Shown: piece by piece, positions 59,050 through 64,000 of the stretch
How positions within the stretch are numbered: position 1 is the stretch's first letter
Layout of the letters: each line of letters starts with the position of its first letter
Origin: Pelagomonas calceolata
Taxonomy: Eukaryota
Length of the DNA stretch: 64,000 nt
Direction of reading: 5' to 3'
Assembly: GCA_918797485.1 (NCBI GenBank)
Contig: CAKKNE010000002.1
Location: 4,092,001-4,156,000 of the forward strand
Made by a program: the position numbers and the translations under genes
Notes under the pieces: generated by a model
What the model was told of the DNA's origin: nothing
Seen by the model: only the letters and a program-made list of their open reading frames with translations
The model's database searches: none

Positions 59050-60670
59050 AAGGAGACGGAAGCGAACATCACGCGGCACGACGTCGCGCTGGTCAAGCCG
59101 CCGTGCTGGGTCGCGTATCCTCCCGACGTCCAGCGGCAGCTCGAGCAGGCCTTCGAGAGCAATTTACCTAGGGTCCAGACGGGGCCCAACTACTCTGTTG
59201 AGTTGGGGACCATGCAGCAGGTGAACGCGCGGAGCGGGTTCAAGCGCGACGTCTTAAGGGACGTCTCATCAGCCTCGCAAAAATCAACGAGACCGAGCGA
59301 AAAGGCAAATACAGAAGTGCGGCCCGACGAATTGTTGGGAGAGGACGCCCTGCTCCTGCGCAAGGGCTCGATGATCCAGATCAAGGACCAGCGGAAAGAC
59401 GGCTGGGCCTACGGGACTGTTGTCCTGAACAAAGGAGACGAGAGTAAAGATAGACGGTTCCTCGAGGACGGCATCTCGCTGTCGGCGGGCTGGTTTCCCC
59501 TCGCGTGTACGGACGTGCCGTCCGTCGATCAACTCGGCGAGCTCCAGAAGCTGCTCGGCGGCGCGGGCGACTCGGCGCTCGATCCGCCGAAGTACTGGGG
59601 CCAGGTGAAGGACCCGCTCATGGCCGAGTACTTTCCGCTGCAGCAAGGAAGCGAGGAGTACCAGCGCGTCTACGACGCCATCAACCTGACGACGGGGCCG
59701 CAGCAGCTCAGGATCCACTCCATCGAGCGGGTGCAGAACATTAGTTTGTGGCAGTCGTACTGCGTGAAGAAGAGCGCCACGGTCGCGCGCGAAAAGGACC
59801 CCGTGGCGGCGGAGCGCAAGTACGTGCGCAATTGGTCGAGAGCTGTGTGGAAATCAACCAGTGAGTTGGCTGCCTGGAATTTTCACGCCATCGAGCAGAC
59901 GCAGCTACGGAGAAAATATCGCGTCGATGGCGTGGGGCGCGACCGAAATTTGATTTCCACACAGGCTCTTCCACGGGTGCGGCCCCGACGTCGTCGATAA
60001 GATCCTCCAGCAGGGATTCAACCGCTCCTTCTGCGGCAAGAACGCGACGTTCTACGGCAAGGGCGTCTACTTCGCGCGCGACGCGAGTTATAGTACGTAT
60101 CCACTCTACTCGCCCGCCGACGGGCGCGGGTTGCAGACCATCTTCGCCGTGCGCGTCGTCGTCGGCGCGTGGTCCAAGGGCGTCAAAGACGCGCTGACGC
60201 CCGACGTGCGCGACGCGAGGCGCAACCTCCTCTACGACACGACCGTCGACAACATGGCCGACCCGAGCATCTTCGTGACCTACCACGACGCCCAGGCCTA
60301 CCCCGAGTACCGGATCCGCTTCACGCAGTCGAATCCGGCGCAGGGCCACCCGCAGGCCGGCCAGAAGCGCCCCGCCGGCTACAAGCCGAATTTGCTCGAG
60401 GGCGTCGAGGACGTCAAGCCGCGGGCGTCGTCGATCGACGCGCAACCACAACAACAACCACAACAACAACAACCGCAGCGGGTGGCCCCGGCCCCCGTGC
60501 CCCAGCCCGTCGCTCAGCCCGTCGCTCAGCGCCAGCAGTTCATGGTCCAGATTCCCGCGGGCGTCGCGCCGGGCGCGGTGATGACGGTGAGAGCTCCCGA
60601 CGGGCGGCTCTTGCAGGTGCAAGTACCGGCCGGAGCTGTACCTGGTAGCACGATACAAGTTGCGGCCTAG
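59050..60670 (+). CDS. Cytoplasmic moiety: WWE + SH3-like + PARP catalytic (mono-ADP-ribosyltransferase) + VP.G..PG module; join 59050..59834, 59965..60670 (first own ATG 59212)
   Basis: WWE WVAYPPDVQRQLEQAF...MQQVNARSGFKRDVLR; SH3 LLLRKGSMIQI...DGWAYG...GWFP; IERVQNISLWQSY. After splicing: WLFHG...QGFNRSFCGKNATFYGKGVYFARDASYS...YDTTVDNMADPSIFV...QAYPEYRIRF. Confidence 0.88.
59835..59964 (+). mobile_element. Introner element: 130-bp GT-AG intron with 15-bp terminal inverted repeats
   Basis: CTGTGTGGAAATCAA (59843-59857) and TTGATTTCCACACAG (59950-59964). Removal joins TG|G and restores W-LFHG and the reading frame. Confidence 0.9.
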
Positions 60671-60801
60671 CTTCTACCCGCCCGCCGCGCGGCGGGCCAC
60701 TGTCCAATGTTCTCAATTCCAATTCCACCCTTTTTCCTCTTGCTAAGCCTTTTTCTGAGTTTGAACGACTCGGATGTTGTATACAGGTTTTTACACACAA
60801 A

Positions 60802-61323
60802 TCAGTACGACGTGCCCCCGAGGCCGCAGCGGCTCTCGAGGCACGCGAGCGCCTCGCTCGCACCCTTCTGCTTGTAGTGGAGGTATGCCCAGCGGTTCGT
60901 CGTCTCGCAGTCGATGGATTGGATTTTGTCGCATCCGCCGGCCCGCGTGATGTAGGAGGCGAACGCCCACTCGCAGACGCACCAATGCTGCACCGGACAG
61001 AGTCCTCGCTTGCCGTCGCACTGCATGTAATCGTCGCACCAGTTCGGCTGGCCCGTCACCTCGCAGAAGTTGCCGCCGTCGACGCTATCCATCTCTATGC
61101 ATATGTGGTGCGAGCCCGCGTCGTCGACGCGGTCAGTGCACGTGCCTTCGCGCGTGAACCCAGTCAACGCCATGCCCGGGCCGCTACACTTCTTCAGCGG
61201 CGCACCGTAGACGTTCAGGTAGCGGTCCGACCGCGTGTCGTTGTCGTTCTCCGTATGCACGTCGAGTCGGCTGCGCTGCGCCGAAACGCTCAGTGCGAGC
61301 AGGATGAGGGTTTTGACAGTCAT
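60802..61323 (-). CDS. DUF2237 family protein with signal peptide
   Basis: NVYGAPLKKCS...TGFTREGTC...DAGSHHIC...WCVC; start placed at MTVKTLILL. Confidence 0.85.
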   Translation of the reverse strand: MTVKTLILLALSVSAQRSRLDVHTENDNDTRSDRYLNVYGAPLKKCSGPGMALTGFTREGTCTDRVDDAGSHHICIEMDSVDGGNFCEVTGQPNWCDDYMQCDGKRGLCPVQHWCVCEWAFASYITRAGGCDKIQSIDCETTNRWAYLHYKQKGASEALACLESRCGLGGTSY

Positions 61324-61526
61324 AATCGCTTTCCGGTGAGAGTTCGTGTGTCTGACTGGGTTTGCTCTCTCTGACTCTGATGCCCTGTGCTCACGCGTGG
61401 GCAAGTTAGCGATGGAAATTATCACGCTCTACGTTACGAGAGAGCAAGCGACGCTCGCTTTTAGTACTGATGCTGCGTGCAAGCCAAATTGCTTACACTG
61501 CCATACACACAAGTCAAATAATCGCG

Positions 61527-61547
61527 CTAGCGCGTGTAAGACACTAG
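61527..61547 (-). promoter_or_regulatory. Recurrent upstream motif, minus strand
   Basis: CTAGCGCGTGTAAGACACTAG about 200 bp before ATG 61323. Confidence 0.6.
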
Positions 61548-61600
61548 CAAACTATCACCTTGGAGATCACTAGCTCTATTCAGGCTGCCCGACGGGTACC

Positions 61601-63991
61601 ATGGATGATCAGGCGATGGATGCTGAAGCAGCAGCTATCTTGCGGCAAGAGGCAACTGCGTACGATGTGTTGGGCGTCGATCCGCGCGCAGATGCCAATG
61701 CTATCAGACGAGCTTATCACAATCGAAGTATGCGGTGGCATCCGGACAGGTGCAACCACGCCCGCAGGACGGAGGTTATGCAGCGTATCAATAGCTCCTA
61801 TGAATCGGTAAGGGACGAGGCTCGCCGAGCAAACTACGACGAGTCGCTCAGGGCCGCGGCGCGGCGCGCGCGCCGGAACCGAGATTCGCCATGGATCGGT
61901 GCGACAATGCGCAACGGCGCGTACGGCCGATTGATGGAGTTCGTTGCGAAGGTCGACCGTGACGGTGTGTTCGAAATGACGCTCCCCACCATCGTGGTGG
62001 TTGGCCTCGAAAGTCACGGGAAGAGCTCGCTCATGGAGCGGCTTGCCCTACGCGACGTGTTCCCGCGTGGGGTGGGCTTCGTGACCAGAATGCCCATTTT
62101 GCTGAAATTGCGCCAGGTTAACTTCGAGAACTCGGTCGGCATCCGCCTGATCCGCCTGAGCGGCTCGAGTGTCGTAGAGGAAGTCGAAGAAGAAAAGAAG
62201 TTTTACGACATCGGCCAGCGCAACTTTGCGGAGGTCGTCGCTGAGAAGATGCAGCAGTTTATCTCGCAGAGGGGCGGAGGTAGCGGCGACATGCAGGTCG
62301 TTATTGACCATAGGATTGAGATCGAGATCCGTGCCGCGGACCTGGTCGACATCGACCTCTTAGATCTTCCGGGCATCGTGAGCATGCCGAAGGATGTTGC
62401 CGAAGCATCGCTGCGACTGACGCGCGAGTTTCTGCAGAGAGACGACACGCTGGCGCTGTGCGTTATCGATGATCTTTTGCCGGCCGTCAGATCGTCCCAG
62501 GCACTGGGCGAGATCGGGCGAGTCGACGGCCTGGGGGCACGCACCATCGTGGTGCTCACGAAGGTCGACATGTTGCAGGGTCCATCGTCGCAGCAGAACC
62601 CGGCCCGCCTGGCGCATCGCCTGGCAAACCCGGCCACAACGGTCGGCTTTGCGCCCAAGGCATTCATCCCCGTCATCAATCGTGGCGAAGACGACGGAAG
62701 GTCGCTCTCAGATACGCTCGACGCCGAGGAGGCGACCTTCGCGGAGTGGAAGAGGACAACTCCAGAACTGCCCGCTGCCGACCACTTGGGCCTCACGGGA
62801 GTCCTCAAATCTCTCAATTCGCTCATCGAGGAACATATTCGCCAAAAGTGGCTACCTCATCAGCTCGAGAAAGCAACACGTCGACTGCAGGTGGTTCGGG
62901 ATGAAATCGACTCGCTTGGCGCGCTGTCTGTGTCAAGAGAGCTCTTCCTTGATCGTTTATGTGAAGTGGTGAGTGAGAAGCTGGCAGAGTTGGACTTGAA
63001 AAATGGTAGCAGCAATCCCGAGATGAAATTCTACTATGATTGGATGGCAAAATTGAACTTTCCAGCTGATATACCACGGGGGGGCGGTCGATTTAATCGT
63101 GTTCGTCGCCGTATGCGGGCGAAGGCCATTTGGAAACTCATCGTGGAAAGCGTGCCTAGTGAGGACTTGGTACGAAAACTGATCAGCTTGGCACTTTCAG
63201 ATTCTCAGTTGCCGGTCAAGATGGACCGTTTCGACCCGAGTATCGGCCGCACGCTGTGCGCATACGCGATGAATAACAACGCCGAAATTGAAACGCTCGC
63301 CAACTTAGGCTTCCGTGAACATTGTTACAGTGAACCGCTGGATGACTATCAGTATCATAATCATGCTGCAGCTGCTGACTCGCGAATTAGGGAAGAGGCC
63401 AAGGATGCGGTCCTCGAACACGTCTTCATGCCATTGGTTGAACGGTCCTTTTGGTCGGGTCTCCAGCTCGATCTTCAGGAGAGCCCTCAATCGCGGGATC
63501 GGCGGAACCACCTCCTCGCTCAGGACGCGGCCCTGGTGCGGCTCATTGATGAGCTGAACCGGTTCCGCGACGGTCAACACTCTAACGCGCAGGCGCCAGC
63601 AGGTGACGGTGGGTCACCAGCAGGCGCCGGACGGGCAACACCTACGGACTCCTCGGGGCGGCGGCGTAACTCGGGGCGGCGGCGTCATCCAAGGGGCAAC
63701 CCGCCGCAATCGCCTTTTGGCCAGTCCAGTTCGACGTTTGGCGGCGGTTCGCCATTTGGAGGCGCCTCGCCCGCTCCCTCCGGCTTCACAGATGCCAGTG
63801 GCGGATTCACATTTGGTCATGGTGGCCCTACATTTAGCGCGTCTCCATCTGCCGCCGCGCCGCCCGCGCCTGGGCCCGCCGCAAGTTTCTCCTTCGGCGC
63901 TACCGCGCCCGCCCCCGCGCCCGGTTTCTCCTTCGGCGCCGCCCCGCCCGCGCCCCCACCCGCCGCCCCTTTCTCCTTCGGGCCCCGATAG
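61601..63991 (+). CDS. DnaJ domain + dynamin/Mx-like GTPase + helical stalk + FG-repeat tail
   Basis: J-domain YDVLGV...IRRAY...WHPDR; G1 VVVGLESHGKSSLME, G2 TRMP, G3 LLDLPGI, G4 LTKVD; tail SPFG, TFGG, FTFG, FSFG x3. Confidence 0.88.
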   Translation: MDDQAMDAEAAAILRQEATAYDVLGVDPRADANAIRRAYHNRSMRWHPDRCNHARRTEVMQRINSSYESVRDEARRANYDESLRAAARRARRNRDSPWIGATMRNGAYGRLMEFVAKVDRDGVFEMTLPTIVVVGLESHGKSSLMERLALRDVFPRGVGFVTRMPILLKLRQVNFENSVGIRLIRLSGSSVVEEVEEEKKFYDIGQRNFAEVVAEKMQQFISQRGGGSGDMQVVIDHRIEIEIRAADLVDIDLLDLPGIVSMPKDVAEASLRLTREFLQRDDTLALCVIDDLLPAVRSSQALGEIGRVDGLGARTIVVLTKVDMLQGPSSQQNPARLAHRLANPATTVGFAPKAFIPVINRGEDDGRSLSDTLDAEEATFAEWKRTTPELPAADHLGLTGVLKSLNSLIEEHIRQKWLPHQLEKATRRLQVVRDEIDSLGALSVSRELFLDRLCEVVSEKLAELDLKNGSSNPEMKFYYDWMAKLNFPADIPRGGGRFNRVRRRMRAKAIWKLIVESVPSEDLVRKLISLALSDSQLPVKMDRFDPSIGRTLCAYAMNNNAEIETLANLGFREHCYSEPLDDYQYHNHAAAADSRIREEAKDAVLEHVFMPLVERSFWSGLQLDLQESPQSRDRRNHLLAQDAALVRLIDELNRFRDGQHSNAQAPAGDGGSPAGAGRATPTDSSGRRRNSGRRRHPRGNPPQSPFGQSSSTFGGGSPFGGASPAPSGFTDASGGFTFGHGGPTFSASPSAAAPPAPGPAASFSFGATAPAPAPGFSFGAAPPAPPPAAPFSFGPR

Positions 63992-64000
63992 GTAAGCGCC

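Noticed and set aside
59047..60800. Selenocysteine reading of the in-frame TGA
   Set aside because: The aligned residue is Trp, not Cys, and I see no SECIS-like ATGA..AA..GA stem in 60671-60800.
4327..61547. CRISPR array interpretation of the recurring 21-23 bp motif
   Set aside because: Copies are dispersed kilobases apart, the context is eukaryotic, and there are no cas genes.
41430..63991. A formal 'immunity island' (triple AAA, RING-CH, receptor-PARP, dynamin)
   Set aside because: Interspersed with housekeeping genes, so linkage alone is not evidence; the genes are reported individually.

Overview
Gene-dense, GC-rich eukaryotic nuclear DNA from a photosynthetic stramenopile, most likely a pelagophyte such as Pelagomonas. 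This is an inference from nucleus-encoded plastid-type PPO and ChlD with N-terminal targeting peptides, mostly intronless genes, and an intron with terminal inverted repeats (introner). There are about 30 protein genes. Housekeeping genes include RPL34, PPO/hemY, MoaA/CNX2, CDC73, CCDC124, chlD, TilS-like and INCENP-like. The best candidate for an undescribed system is at 56482-60670: a single-pass 'receptor ADP-ribosyltransferase' (signal peptide, degenerate 5'-nucleotidase-like domain, Venus-flytrap domain, TM, WWE, SH3, PARP-type mono-ART). ORF callers split it because of an in-frame TGA at a conserved Trp and an introner inside the catalytic WLFHG motif. Other unusual architectures: a STRA6-like membrane protein fused to EF-hand/RhoGAP/SH3, a RING-TRAF E3 fused to a Cys-to-Ser Ulp1 domain, a DnaJ-dynamin-FG-repeat protein, and a triple CbbX-type AAA protein with a signal peptide. 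Non-coding signals: a CTAGTGTCTTAC..CGCTAG motif about 170-250 bp upstream of many start codons, a twice-repeated G-rich element, an intronic C/D snoRNA, and a deletion-condensed copy of the MoaA 5' region. All domain calls are by eye from motifs; no searches were run.
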